Positions 30,449 to 45,400 of a DNA stretch of 64,000 nucleotides are shown one piece after another. A program made the position numbers and the translations under genes. The stretch comes from Giardia intestinalis. Taxonomy: Eukaryota. Below the pieces are notes generated by a model that searched no databases, was not told the origin of the DNA, and saw nothing but the letters and a program-made list of their open reading frames with translations. Location: assembly GCA_000002435.2 (NCBI GenBank), contig CM018792.1, one strand, 5' to 3'. Within the stretch, counting starts at the first letter, position 1. Each line of letters starts with the position of its first letter.

Positions 30449-33400
30449 CTACTTTTGGGACGCAGGGGATAAATGGAGATTTCGCTGAGCCAACTCTGCT
30501 CGCGAAAGGGTCGATTTGTTCTCCAGATACAGGTAAGTGTCCGCTGCAAAGTTAGCCCTGATGGCGACGTACTTAGGAGATGCCTGTCGGAAAGGCAAAA
30601 GCTGTGGATCCCACGAATTGATTCGTATCACGGTAGCTGCGTAGACACTCATTTTGTAGACGATTGGCCACGGGTCCATTGAGCAATCCACCACTGATTG
30701 ATTATGTGTGTCATACCCTACATTGTGTAGCTCTATGTTTGTGATATGAACATACCCCAGTCTCGACGCATCAGCCATCGCATCTGTAGCTTCCGATACA
30801 TGCCTAAGTACTCCACCGGTGTAGAGCATCCCTTTATAGACAACGTAGCGTGTGTTGGGCTGCGGAGGCTCTGGAAGTAGAACAGAGCAGAGATTAGCAT
30901 ACGGGACATTACCTCGGGCTAGCTGATGGCGCTTGGCGGTCAATATGAAGTCTAGAAATCTCCAGCATCGATTTGCCTCGCAGATAAGAACTCCGGCATG
31001 ATCCATGACTGCCATGCTCAGGTCTATTATCGGTTTTGCAAGCATGACAGCGTTAGCAAGCAATGAGTTAATAACATAGCCCTCTGCGCTGTGTACGGAA
31101 GTCGTTTGCAGACCTATTGACAGAGGTGTATGCATAGCCTGTACAGAGACTCTGTCAAGGATGTCAGCTGATTCAGTGAATGCCATGCTCCGCAAGCCAG
31201 GAAACGACCTTATCTCCTTGATGGTGATAAGGTTCTGGGGCTTTGATAGAGGAATCACATCACGAGTATCATCCTTCTGAATTAGTGACACAATTTGCGA
31301 AGGGCTTAGCCTTCCTTCGTCAGAGTACAGAGTGAGGGAGTAGAGATACTGTTTGCAAAGCTCCTTAAAGGCAGTGGGGTCAGCTACTCTTTCTTCTGTG
31401 AACACGCATGGTAACTGGACTGCTTGTTGTGATAGCTTTTGCACTTCTTCCAGATAACTGTTAAGCGCAGTTATAGCTTGCTCTCCGCTCTCCTCCCTTT
31501 TTGACTGCTGGGATCTACTTGTTTCTAAAACTAGCGCGTGATGAAGGTTTAACAGTCGAGCTGACGGGCCATACACTCGAAATTCTCGTGGATTGCCTAC
31601 TACTTGTAGGTCATCATCTGATTGTTTGTACCGATTCCTTTCTGTGTCACACAAGTTCTCCTTGCGTATGAACTTCTTTTCTAGAGATATGCTAAGGCCC
31701 AGGCCTGACCCGAGCCTATGTGACCCTAGTAGCACATCCTTTGACATGTCAACTTCAGATTGCTGTGATGTACGCGCCACGTCATCTACGCTATAAATTC
31801 TAGTAAGCTCAGTTGAGTGTTGAGGATCGCTTTTCAAGGTATCTGTATCAGACAATCCTTGGGTCCCCTCTGTGTGCAAGGATGTCAAAGCATTAGCCGT
31901 GCAGTTAGATGAGTCTGATAAGTCTGAGTCACTGCTCACAGCAAGTTCTGAGATGGCCTCATCGCTTACTGTTGCTCCTTGTGGCATTTCAACAATCAGG
32001 TTGTGGGCCAGAGTAACCTTGTCTTGCAGTTCGTGACATAATGAGAAAATACAATGCTTCAGAAAGCGAGAGTGCAGCAGCGAGCCCGGAGATGTGTATA
32101 TTTTCTCATAGACAGACACGTGGTCTAGCTTGTGGAACACACGTGCATATGATACTAGCAACTGGTTGTAGAGCTCTGTCAGACGGCGATTTAGTGGGTG
32201 ATATGATGCCCTCTCGGGGTCGTATCGACGAATCGCGGAGATGGTAGCCCAGATAGCCGCGTATAGATTCTGGATTTTCTCTATAATCGCAGGGTGAACG
32301 CGAAGACGAGTCCGGAGTGTATTTACCAAAGCCTGCATGTGCTCTGACTCTATCACTGCCTGAAACAAGAGGGCTGCTGCTGAGTCTAAAGTTGTATACG
32401 TGTCAGATATGCGAATGTGAGGGCAATCTGGAGGGGGGCTCTGCGTGACAAAGAAGATGAGCAAACCTAGAAGAGTGCGGCTAGAAATTATCGGCAGCTT
32501 GAGCGTACCTGCCTCTAAAGCCAAGGCCTTATCAGTGGAGTGTCTAGTGGCAAAGTGTATCTGCTGTATGCGAAACAGGGTGAAATAATGATGAATCTTT
32601 TCGATTTTACCTATTGGAGCGTTAAAGACAACCAGCTCCGGCGCAAATGCAGCACAAAGATGGCCAATAAGCACTCTGGAAAGCGCTGGAGCAGAATAAG
32701 AAGTTGGAATTAAGATTATCAACCCATGCTTAGGCCTTACCGGCTTGCTAATGAACAATTGGACCAACCATTCTACGCTCTTGTTCCCATCAGATAGAAC
32801 TACAACAAGGTAGGAGAGCAAGTCGGCGTGAGTGGGCTTTGTTTTATAAACGACAGGAGCAGTCAGCAGAAGCTGATCAACTAGATATTCGAACGCAAAA
32901 GAGATGAGTGTAAGAATGTCCAACGTGGAATCGAAGAAGATGGCGACTGTTTTGGATGCACACATAGGACACATCTCTTCTAACAAAGACTGCTTGGATG
33001 CATGAGAAAGTGGTTGCCCATTATCGCTGAAAAACATTCCATAGGATAACTTTTCAGATGGAGGAAAATCCTGTGACCAAAGCTGGCTGCGATAAAAAGC
33101 AGCAATGAATTTGCTGATGGATCCAGTGAGAGACTTTAAAGGACACTGCAAGAACTTAGAGAGGAGCTCGTCATCTCGGTCAGAGCTGAATACGTCAACT
33201 AGACTGAAGCTAGCGGAGTTCGTTAGCTTGCTTACCTTCATAAGAAGGTTGAGGTCCTCCTGCAAATGAGTTGGATTGAGACATATGCTTAAAAGAAAAG
33301 CTATCCACACGCCATTTGCTGAAGGTGACTGAATTGAAATAGGAAAATTACCCAGGGTCATATCATCTTTCAGTTCCATAATCAGCTCATCGGGGATTAA

Positions 33401-36400
33401 TCGCTCATAGACTGAGTCAGTATTGTTATGTAGCTGCATGGAATTTTCAAAATTAGCCGACTTTCCCTTATCTTGGTGCGTGGTTTTTACAGAGAAACCG
33501 GCGGTCTCTGCCCTCTTTAGCATGGCTGTCATAGATCTCCTTGACATGCTTATGTGCTTTCTTGCCTTAGTTGCTGTTTTGGCTTGTAAGCTTGGGTGCA
33601 TATTCTCACTGTCTGCATAATCATAATCAAACATAGCATCATAATCCTCGTCAGTGAGCGAAGCCACCGAACCTTCTGAACTAGTGTCATCATCTGAATT
33701 GATAGTCTTCTTATCCGTGACTTTGTATGAGTTATAGTCCCCTGGGTGCGTGTTGGCGATTGGCTCTTTTACAGGCACTGTTCCAGACCCATATACAGCT
33801 TTGTTAGAAGTACTGCTCCAAGCAGGAACGATCCCTGTCTCTGATGTGAAGCCTCCAAAGAGCTCAACGATGTTGTATTCATGCACGGCTGACTTAAGAA
33901 GTGCATGCGGCGCCAGGAAAGTTTCTGCAGAAAGCCTATTAGAGTGCTTGGAAGATCTCTCTACGTAGGCGTAGTGACCAAGCACCTTCCGGAAGAAACT
34001 CGAGCCCCGAACATATGTCAAATACTGCGTTTTCTGGGTAGAAAAGAAGGCCACCCACTCCTTCGCAAGATCTGGGGCAATGAAGACCAAGCTGCAGAGC
34101 TTGTTCCACCTTTCTATTGCAAGGCTATCTGCGGTGTTTGGCAAGAATGAGTCCATGGCCCGTCCGTTGTCTAGAAAGCCTACTGGCTTAGAAAGTGACT
34201 GATCGGTAACAATAGATGAGAAGAGCAGCATATGCTTCTGTACATTGCACTGTCCTGAAATAGATTCCAAGCATGAGATCATTCCCAGAAGCGACTTCAT
34301 ATATGCCTGCGGAACAATAGCGGATATCTTTGATAAGAGATGATGCACAATCGTGGGGAGCAACTCAGTCATGCGTCGTTCAGAGGTGTGCTTCGGAAGC
34401 AAGCGGCGATGGTGTAAGGCGGAGTGGTCCACTCCTTGTAGGTCTACGATCACGGACGTTACTAAAGAGAAGAAAAATGTATCTGTAAAGGCCACTGAAA
34501 GCGCCTCAAATCTCTCGGACAATTTCCAAAGAAGCTCGTAGACTGAGAGCAGGGTCCTGGCACGTGTTCTTATTCCTTGCTTGATAGATAGCGGTATAAT
34601 AGTAAAGTCAGTAAGCTTCTGAAGTTCTGCGTGTATGTGCTTGATGTATGCTAAGAACAGCTCGACATCAGTTAGTGTTACAGGATTCTGAGGTGCAGAG
34701 AGACCTTCGAGGTACCTATTGAACTCACTTAGGACGCCAACGATTTTATTTTTTCTCAGCAAGAATTGACTTATGCGAATGATTGGAAGATTCAAATGGA
34801 TTGCCTCATACGTAAAAATAATAGTAAGCTCTTCGATAATATAGTCATAAAGGACCGTTTGCCTGTGCCTTTGGAGCTTTTCAATTGCAGATAAGCCTAT
34901 TGCAGGAAAATTGGACTGCGGGGTCCCTTCAGAAGTTGACGTTTCCGATCCAACGTAGTACTGTAAGGTGGCTACGGGACTATGAAGTATATGGAGTCTG
35001 TGATTAAACTCCAAGAGATACAGCGATTCATAAGGATCTGCAAGAGATAGGTACATCCGGCGCATTCTGGGGTGGTATGCAAGGGTCGCCTGCACTGCGT
35101 CGTCGATGCTTAGCGACGCGTGAAATGGCTTGGTATCCCCAAATTCATCCGGCTGTGGCAGCGGAGAATTTACCAACGTAAGTAACGAGCGCAACAATCG
35201 TGCTAGGCTACGGTTATTATCTGTGCACGACGGGGCGAACATGTTATATAAGCATAACGGATGGTCTGCGGCGCCGGAGCAGGAGAGTGCCAGACGCAGT
35301 CGAGAGATAAACTCATCATGTTGCATACTACAATCTATGAACTCAAAGCTATATGCTCTCTTGATCTGGTCAGCAGACGCTGGGTGCTGCAAGTTCTTGG
35401 TCTCTTCAATGTGGCGGAGCGTCTCAGCCATGTACAGAACAGGAAGAAAGAGAGAACACGGGAGAACAGGTATCTTCTCCTGTCCCCTGCTGAAGAGCGT
35501 GTGACATAGAAAGCTGTGCACAGTGCTTTTACGAAACAGAAGGTAACGGGAGTACTCAATGGAAATCCTACCATTTAAAAGGTCTTGCGACATGCCAAAC
35601 CGCATCTCTAGAGCGAGGTCTGCGTACCGGAGAAGGAGTGGAAGGTTTATCTGAAACGTGTCTAAGGCCAACATTAACGAGCGCTCAATGCCAGCGGAGT
35701 CCATCTCAGTAACAAAGTGATTCATGAAGGATCTATTGCTCACTTCAGCAGGCTTTTGGCCCTTGTTTTGGAAGCCTTTATACTCCACAGCTCCTCCTTC
35801 GATATGAGCCAAATAACGATTCGCTTGGGTGCTGTACTCACTGGTAGTGATAGACTTGACAAGGTCTGCGTCTATAGCAGCATTCATAATAAGGACCTCA
35901 AGAGCGTTACTGTGTTGAAGGGTGGGAAGAAGCTGATGCTTAAATACAAGGCTACTGACCGCTATTACCGAATCAACAATAACCCTACGAACAATTGCCG
36001 CAAAGTCATCCATAATTTCGTTGATAATAGTCAAAATATCTTCGCTCTGTGTGGCTAGTACAATGTCGTTGAACTTGGTTGAGCTTCGACTCCTGTGAGA
36101 AATGCTTGTCAATTTAGATGAGAATCTTCCTAGGATACCCCGAGGTGTGATGGAATCATCTGCAGCTTCGGGAGAAATTAATGGTGCCTTGGCGTGCTGT
36201 TTAGACTCAAGCATAAGGGGGAGTAAGGAATTAGTATTACACGTACCTTCTGGTACTGCTGCAAGAATATTAGTCTTGCTTGGTCCTTGCATGCCAGGCC
36301 TGGATTGCATGTGCGCTTCGTCTGTAGCAGTAGCGCCCAGACACACCCTTTGAAATTTGCTCTTGAGTGCCTCTGAGCGAAGATTATTGGCCAGAGTATA

Positions 36401-39400
36401 TAGTGTTATTGCAAACCCACTATACATCCCCATGCGCAAATAACAAAAACGCCAAACATGCTCTGTGTATGCGCTAAACGTCAAGGTATAATTCAGAGTG
36501 CTGGTCTGGAGGTATTGGAGGCAGATTGCATAGCCTATCGTGCATGCAAGAATAAGCGTTCCTCTAAACTCGCCGAAAATGTCGGGTGGCAGCACAGAGT
36601 TTGATTCAGGTAGATAAAGAGTTTTCTTGCTTGTTACTGAAAAACACCTCAAAAGAGGCTCTGCAACAGAAGAGAACATGATGTTGAGGGACTTCTCCAG
36701 GTTATGGAAGTAGTTGGTCGTGAAGGAGACACTGGTAAAGCTGTCTGTTCCGCTCAAGCACGTTCCGTTCACGACATACTTTTGTATAGCCTGGTCACCA
36801 ATTGACGGGAGAATAGTAAGGCATTTCAAAATATCTAGGGAAATGGATACGGTGTCATTAAGGACCAAAATGCTGAAGTTTCTAGAGAGAAGCCACATTA
36901 GCTCCTGATCGCAGAGTAAGAAATCAAGCTCATAATAGCAGCTCACAAGTAGGCTGATGAACCGGAGCTCTTCCTCCAGAAAAACCGCAGTAAGTGTATG
37001 AGGAAGAGAAGCAATAGAACTAAGGATATCCAGCTTCCCAACGAGGAGATTACTATGCAGAACCAATAATATATCAACAGGCTCTGGAAGAAAGAAGTCT
37101 CGGATGGATGCTCTTCCTAGGTGCTTCTTCACAAGCGAAGAATCAATAGAATTCCACACACCCATGCCTGAGGATGTCTCTGTGTTGTAAAACTCATTTA
37201 TCCTCAGAAGAGAAAGATCCTTGAGCCCCAGAGATGGACTAAATCCCAAGGCCATCAGCAGGTAGGCTCTAACGATGTAGTATGTAAGCACAGAAACATC
37301 CTTAGACGTTTTATAGACACCAACGAGGTCTACGAGAAAATCCAATCTCAGCCCGGTTAGTGGAAGGGAAAACCCGTTAACCGGTTCTCGCTCGACACAG
37401 TATTTATTGACCTCCCTGAAAATGTAATAGTACGGGTCGCTTTTCGAAAGCTTGCCAGAGTAGGTCATGACTGGCTTTTCGGCCCTAAGGAATGGGCGAG
37501 AATCTGGAGTGAAGACGGACTTCTTTTTGAGAGTTCGTAGGATGCGCGGATTGGTCTGCGCAATAAAGTCGTCTTCATCAGACGAGTCTGAATAGTAAGA
37601 GCTCTTTATTGGCTTCAGAGATTTGCGTATAGACAACTCCACGTCTCCTATCTCTGCCTCAATTGCAAGGATCCCAACCAGGGTAATCAGCTGGTAGGAA
37701 TTGATGAGATATCGGTGGTATCTGGTAAAGAGAAGATGAATTGCGAAGTTCGTATACATTCCTTGATGAATGTTGAGCAAGGAGACACTGCAATCCTTGG
37801 GTTGCTTAGGCTTAGATTTAGTTGAGGTCGGAGCCATCGATCCTCGCTGCCCATCTTTTGGTATTCGCACAGTACCGTCGTGTGGAGAATAGTATAAGCC
37901 GGTGATGAAGCCCATGAAGTCCAGGGAATTGACAAGCTTGAAATTGCCCAGAAGGGCAATAAACTGGAGCATATGATGTGTGTCCTCTACATAATTGTGC
38001 AGATTGCTTAGCTGAAGGTAGGAGATAAGAATCTTAGGAGGATTATAGACTCGACTGAACTGATTAAATTGGGTCATGCCATTGGCTGGACCAAATCTGA
38101 GCGTAGATAGATACTCATATATTTTGATGCAGTTTCGATGCCACATTATCTCTGTGATGAGGTATGCACGGATAAGTATTATAGCTACATGGCTTGAAAG
38201 ATGTGTAACCTCACGGATATCTCTGTACTTGACCAGTAGGCGAACAATGGTGGTACTGGGGCGTTTATCTTCGAAGTCCTGGACTAGTTGATGTTGAGTG
38301 AGGTCCAAGTCATGACTCTGCTCTTGCTCCTGCTCTGATCGGTCTCTAGCTGTGCTAACGTTGTCATTCCTCAAAAAGCCTTGGGCATAGTCAGAATATG
38401 TGGCCCGAATAGCAGTATTAGCAGCTGAGGTAAGCTCGCCACGCCTTTCGAGAAGATCGGGTCTATGCTCAGATCTGTCGGTGCTTTCGAGTGTCATACT
38501 AGATGAGTCATCAGAGCTGGAATCGGAGTCGAAGAAGTCTAGCCCAGCCCTGGTGAGCATAGATGTAAGGTGGATGTCTTGGAACTTGGACATCTTGCTT
38601 AGCATGGTAAGTGCAGCGTTCTTCTTAGATTCAGCCCTCTCTCTTGGTTTCTCAGCAGCGCTGACAGCAGTAGGCAGCAGTGGCTCATGCTTCGGGCCGT
38701 CATCCACAGATAGCTCGTCAATCAGATCGCCGGTGAACTTCAGCACGTCAACGGAGTACGCCTTGTCTATGTTAAGAATCTTGTTGTATCGAAAGTCTTT
38801 TCGTGCACTTACTGGGATCCTTCGTTGTAGCTCAAATCTGTGACGAGTGAAGTAGTCTCCATTAAAGATCAAAACAGGGGCATGCCTTGAGTTAGGCGTT
38901 GAAACCTTAGAATCTCTGCTAGATACAGGCATGGAGAGGGCGCTATGGGATGGCCCATCCGGATCGATGACCGTTTTGAGACAAGTCTCCCACGAAAAGT
39001 GTAGCATTATACTTATGGTATCTGCTCTACCATTGTCGGAGTAACTGAAAGGGATAAGAAAGGGATACATGCGCTTAAATGCTTCTGCATACTCCGGAGT
39101 AAGGACGCTAAAAACAGATGTCGAAGAGAGAGTGCCAACGGAGAATGCAGACACTAACTCGGAATAGACCCGTGTAGACACGGATATAGGGACAGAACCA
39201 TGTCGAAGAAGCGCCGAGAAAAGACTATTTGCAGAGGGAACTAGCATATGTAGATTCTCTAGAAAACTGGATGGAGGATAGCCGAAAACGTTTCTTACGT
39301 CGGTATCATCAAAGTACACATTCTGCTTCATGCTGCACAAGAGCTCGAGAAGAGATATAGGGAGGAGAGGCCTTATTAGTAGTAACCCTTCGGCAAAGGA

Positions 39401-42400
39401 CTTGACGAGGGTACGTATTACGATAGACATGGGCGCATACTTAGTCAACTGGGGTCTGTGGTCGCTCTGAAGGGCATCTATGTTTCCTGCTATGGACTCG
39501 GCAGATAGCTTTGGAAAGCGCTTGATGCCTCTGGCTGCAAACACTCTTGCTGTTATGGGCTGGAAGACCTTCGGATAATGAAAGCGGGGGGAGACTGGCA
39601 AGAGTGCAGTAAGGGGGTCGTCTACATCATAGTGGATCGCATGGTAGTTGGCGACGCTCTTTTCCATCGAGCAGTAGGCATCTTGTATTAGGTGGTCGTA
39701 CACAAAGTTGCGATAGACCAGGCTGTGGAAGAATGTGGGCTTACTAGTCGCAGAGAACGTTGACACATATACAGACATGTCCATCAAGCGTCTTGCCGTC
39801 CTTTCTGTGCATGAGCTAGATACTTCATAGATCACCACAGAATCACGGAGGAATATGCGGCCGCAAAAGCCCCCAATGGCCTTTGAAACATCACGCTGTG
39901 AAATATCGACGTAAATGACATGCTCGAGGAGCGGAAGGCTTAGGAACTCCAATAGATTTGCGTGAGTAAGGCCTGAGATATGTAAGATATTAAATTTGCC
40001 ATTAACAGATTGTGCTGTGTATAGATTTCCTGCTCGAGAAATTTCTGGTCGAAGGAGATAGCTTTTTCTGAGTATTTGTACTTGCAAATCAGCAATGGTC
40101 TTGATAGTACTATTGCCCACGTAGAACGTTTGGAGGGACACCCTGTCGGAGCCTATCAGCGAAGCGGCAATCTGCAAAATAGTGGTTTTTCCGCTAAAGG
40201 AGTCCCCCAGAATAACAAAGGACTCTCCAGATAACATACATCCTGCGTAATAGACTGCGTACGCAGACATGTCATTGGTGATCACTAGCTGGAGAGAGTT
40301 CGACGTATCTGCGTAGCTATTCTGCATAGTTAGGAGGCTGGTGCTAACAAAGATCTCTTCCCCTACTCTATAGGGAACTTCTAATATAGGCATGTACCTT
40401 CTAATGAATGAAACCACGTACTTATCATCTTGTGAGCCAGTTTTTTCGGGCACTGAGTCTAACTGAAGATGCTTCAGCCTTCCCAAGCGCGCCCGTGATG
40501 TCGTCTTTGGCGTCCCAGCAGAAGCAAGGTTATCCCCTTCTAGTTGGTGAGGAGCAGATGAAATACGAGAACCTTTGGTAGGTAAACTTTGACACTCTAA
40601 AGATGTAAGAACCCTTGTTGAAACACGCTGAAGAGATTGCCCCGTGGATGTAGACGAAGCAACCTTCCGAAGCACTGCAGAAAAGTCAGTGCAGTCTGCG
40701 TTCAGTTCTGCTTTTTCTGGCAACAAAGAAGTGTTGTTAACAGGCCGAGAGATGTCTAGGCGTTGTGCTTGAGAATTGTTCTTGATCTTGTTGACTGATG
40801 ACGCTGACATTCCCGTGGGAATTGTCGATTGTGTTTCTTTCAATCTGCTGATTCTTAATTGGTCGGCTCTTTTGCTCAAACTTTCCATGCACTTCTTTCT
40901 ATATTGTGGCAGAGACACTTGCTCCAATTCATAGATAATCTCGGCTGTGAGCCCGAGCTTCTTTGCAATCGTCAACAAAAGCCTGTCCGACAAGTATGAC
41001 GTAATCGCTATAAAGCTATATGTACTGCCACCCCACATCGACTTGAAATTAGAATCAGATACTGTTTTTTCTGGCTTAGCAGCAAACTGGTCATCTGGAA
41101 CGGAAAAGGCCTCAACAGAAGCCTCTCCACGTGCCGCAGCCCCCATGTCTGACACATTAGCGTATGTCTCACAATAGTTTGGTCCTCTACTGAGAGTTGA
41201 CGAACCAGTGGAGGACCCAGTGGAATGTGCTACCTTAGGGTTCAACGATTCAGCATGCCTCTTCGCAAACAGTGCTGAGAAGGTAGGATAGGTTTCAGCA
41301 TTCGTAAAGAAATATGTTTGGCTCACATAAAGGTCCTGGAGGGACATGATTGCATTGTCGCAGAACAAATGCATCCACTTGCTCAAGCGAAAACCGTCCT
41401 TTCTATAAAAAACATGCTGCTCGAAAAATTCGGACTCCAAAGTTAGAGAAAATGTAGGTATATAGCTCAGAAGAGACGCGTATAGTCGGTAGTAGGACAA
41501 GCTATTGAAGAGCAGCCCTCCGTTGATGTATTCCATGCGGTATAATAACATAAATGCACTAAAAACAGTGCTAATAACACTATAGTGCAGGATGTCTGCA
41601 ATATGGCGGCTGTTTGATGTCAGGAGCAGGCGTGAAATGAACGACTGTGTGAATTGGGCCGATGTTTGGTTTAGCATTGTGCTGTATGCAGTTTCAAATG
41701 ACACCGATCTGTGGTTTAGATTGTGGGCACCGGGGTTGGACTGCAAGGATTCACCGCGGAGGTCTGCGAAAGAATGGGCAAGAGAAATGGGTTCGCTGAA
41801 GTAAGAAAAGTGGGACCCTAAGGCATCGTTAATGTTGAACTCTAAGGGCTTGGTAGAAGCTTCTCTCAAATCCTTCTGTTGCTTGAAGCTTATTGGGTTC
41901 TTTGCGTCGGTGTAAGATCGAATAGATAGCTCATGATACAGATTCATGGTGTCTGTAGAAAGCTCCTCCTCAGTTGACAGGGTAGGGCGATGAGAGTCAT
42001 TCCCAGTCTGCACGTCTAGAATGCCATAGTACCGGAAGAAAAGGTGTATTAGCGCCTTGATAATGCGCCAGTGGCGTAGCGTAAGAGTAAGATGTGCACC
42101 AATCTCAGTGGAGATGAACATAACAAAGTTGAACACGAGGAAATTGAAGTAGCTTATGTAGAGGCCGAGCTTCGTCCGTGTCAAGAAAGAGCTGGTGTAG
42201 ATGTGATAATCAGCGTCAAAATTGGCGTAGATATACTGCATTAGTTTATCATACGATGAGATGCTTGCCAGGGTAGGTGCTTGGATTGAAATCAAGTGAC
42301 TTATATTCAATTGTGAAAGATTGCCAAAACTCATAAAATAAAAGCCTATGTCGGAGAGGTGCAAGTTTCTGCTAAGCGAAAACTTTCTGATGCTAAGCTG

Positions 42401-45400
42401 GAGGATTCTTGCATCACGAGCTCGAGCTACAATGATAACATGAACGGGAGCCTTGAATGTATAAGTTTTGTTATTCTCGGAGTAAATGGTCTGCCTTGCA
42501 GCCAACATGCCAAGAATGTTTTGGTAAAGTAGGAGATCAGAGTGCTGATCCAAGACAATAGCCAGTGCATAGCGATTTGGAAAGGCAGATAATAGGTCAG
42601 CATAGAAGTGTATATCTGCAGATGAATAGGCAAGCAGAAATGTCAACGCCGAGGCCCTGGAGAGGATTGCATGGACATACTCAAAGAATTGCTGTGCCAT
42701 GCTCGTGGTTAGAATAGCAAACGGTTCCTTGGCTGCCAAAAGGTCCATCATCACTGTAGCCATATACGCCCCAAACTCAGAGAGGATGCCTGCTGATCGC
42801 TGAAGGCCGTGTAGAGACTCTAGGTACTTGGGGGAAGAAGAACGCCTTATCATATAAGCCATGGAATCCGATGTGACACGAGAGCCCGAATGTTCAAACG
42901 TGGTTGCATTAGCTGGTGACAGGCCAAACACAGAAATAAGGCACGAGATGAGTATGCTGAGTTTGTGTTGCAGATTAATAGCTGCATGCGGAGCCTCTGA
43001 TTTGACTTCTTCATGAGTTGCGCCATCACTCTGGAGGAGATCTGAGTTTATGTCATCGACTAAGCAAAACGACTCCTCGGTGGCTAAGTACATGCATGAG
43101 ACCAGGTACACAAACGTTTGGGTGCACGCTGCAGTCCTGTTTGCATCCGGTGCCAGTCTATGCTGAATAAGCATAAAATCGAGCCCCAATAGCTTTGGAA
43201 AATCGTTAGACAAGTTGCTAAGAAACACATGAAGATGATAAAACGAGTCCTGATAGAGTCCTGGCAGCGATCTGAAGAGTCGTTGAAATGGAGAAATTGT
43301 GCAGCAACTATCTCCCAAGTTTTTGTCGGCTCTAACGACTATTTGGTGCTTTAGCGACTCTACGTGTTCCATGTATACTTCTAAAACAATACTCTTGTAG
43401 GCAGAAAAGTTCTTGGTGAAGGTTGTTTGATCAACAAGAGATGCCGATGCACAGACTAACTGAGTTGTTCTGAATTCATGTGTAGATTGCAAGGTAGAAA
43501 TATAAGGAATAAAGGGAAGATACATCATGTATGCCTTTCGAAACTTTTGAGTTACTCGCTCTGCATGGGGATGTACTTGATAGATATAGTGCTCATCAAC
43601 GATATGTGGGCCTGAAGACGATCTCTGGCTGTGAGAACTAGGGCTGGATGTCATAGTCGTGGTCACGCTGCACTCCTGGGGCATTGCCCCAGCTAGCCAA
43701 ATAATCAGTCTGCAAAACGAATGGTCTATGTCACTATCGATGGGAATCCAGCCCTGAGACGAATATGATCTACTGCTGCGGCTGTAGGGATTAAATTCCA
43801 GCCTTGTTTCGGAAGAGATCGAATAACTAGAAAAATCCTCAAACCCGTACGATAGAGTTGTTGTTGCAAATGTGGTTGAGAGCATTTCCAGATGCTCCTT
43901 TGTCAAGGTATCAACTCCGTACAAAATCACTAGGTATCTCGAGATGAGTAGCTCGCGAAGACGGTTATACTGTGGTAAAAAGCTAGCATCTGTTATTGGA
44001 ATAAAAAGAACGTGAGAAGATAGATATCTAGCTACTAGATGCGCTAAGTAATAAACCTCTAGGGCAAAGTATCCCCTAGCCCAGTCGGTGAGAAGAAGTG
44101 CGACAGATTTGCTACGCAGAGCAGATATTAATCGTGCTGCTTTCAGCCTCATGGTGTGCGATATGTACATGGAGTCGTATTCATTGGCAGGATTAAAGTA
44201 TGACGAAGATATACTAATAAGCTGCCCCGACAACACAATGTTAACTAAGGTCTCGCTGAGTGGCGCTGTCGGCATTCTGAAGTCGGTTATGTTTGTGTCG
44301 CAATTCAAAGCTATGGAGGAGACGGGTGTAGCGTATGCCATTTTATCATCTAAATTTGCAGTGGAAACGGTGGCTTGATTGAGTTTAGACAAGGACTCAG
44401 GGGTCCTAAAAAGCTCCATAGTAAGTGCAGCGAAGTCATCGAAAGCCACATTATCATTCCCCTTTGTGTCTCGAGGCTCCGTTCCCTCAGGTGCATCGCT
44501 GTTGGATGTTAGCAGGCTGACGGACTCAGTGCGTGCTTGTAGCCGCGCCTTTGCGTTTTTGATCAGGGTCTTCTCCTCTGCTGTGTATGTGAGATCCAGC
44601 ATAGGTAAATCTACGCGGCGATTAGCTCCATTTCCAAGCAAGGTATCGGAAGCAAGGCTATAGACTAGAGCAGATGTTTGCCGATTGGTTGCAATGGAAA
44701 GACTGACTCCATGTTCCAAACCACTGAGCACAAGGCCGCGATTCCGCCCATAAAGCAAAAGGATATCCCAACAGAGTCGAGCATCGAATTGATCTGTTAG
44801 GGATGGAATCCTTTCTGGTGGCAAGATATTGCGCGCAATGACGTGCTGGACAACAGTAAGGGCCATGATATCCAGTGTTTCTTTGTGCTCGAGAAGCCGT
44901 GCATAGAGAGCCTTCAGCATAAGAATCCTGGAGCTTGTTGCCGAAAACGTAGACCCCACCTGAAACGACCCCTGTGCCCTCAACTTCCCTGTGCCCCTAA
45001 TTAAGTCATATGTCTCTTCCTCAAGAATCCGTATCATTGAGCATATTACATTCTCGTAGCAATAGATGAACGATTCGGAGCGGCCATCACAATATAAGTA
45101 GACGATACAGGAGAGCGCATAGACAATGGCTTGATATGTGCAAAACAGAAGAGCCTCGCGGTAGCGCTCGTTGAGGAAAAGTAGTGCTGCCTTGCGATAG
45201 TTATGAACTATATGCTGAGAGTGAAGGGAGCCCTCTGTGAAGAGGTAGCAATCCTTGACGCGTGCATTCGCCTTGATAATTGTTTGGTAAAAGATGTTTT
45301 CATGGCCCTTGAATATACCGAAGAAGTTACCAGTGGAATCTATGAGATTAGAGAGAAGACTATATGACAGCTGTGGGCCGTGTTTTACGTCAGTCATGTC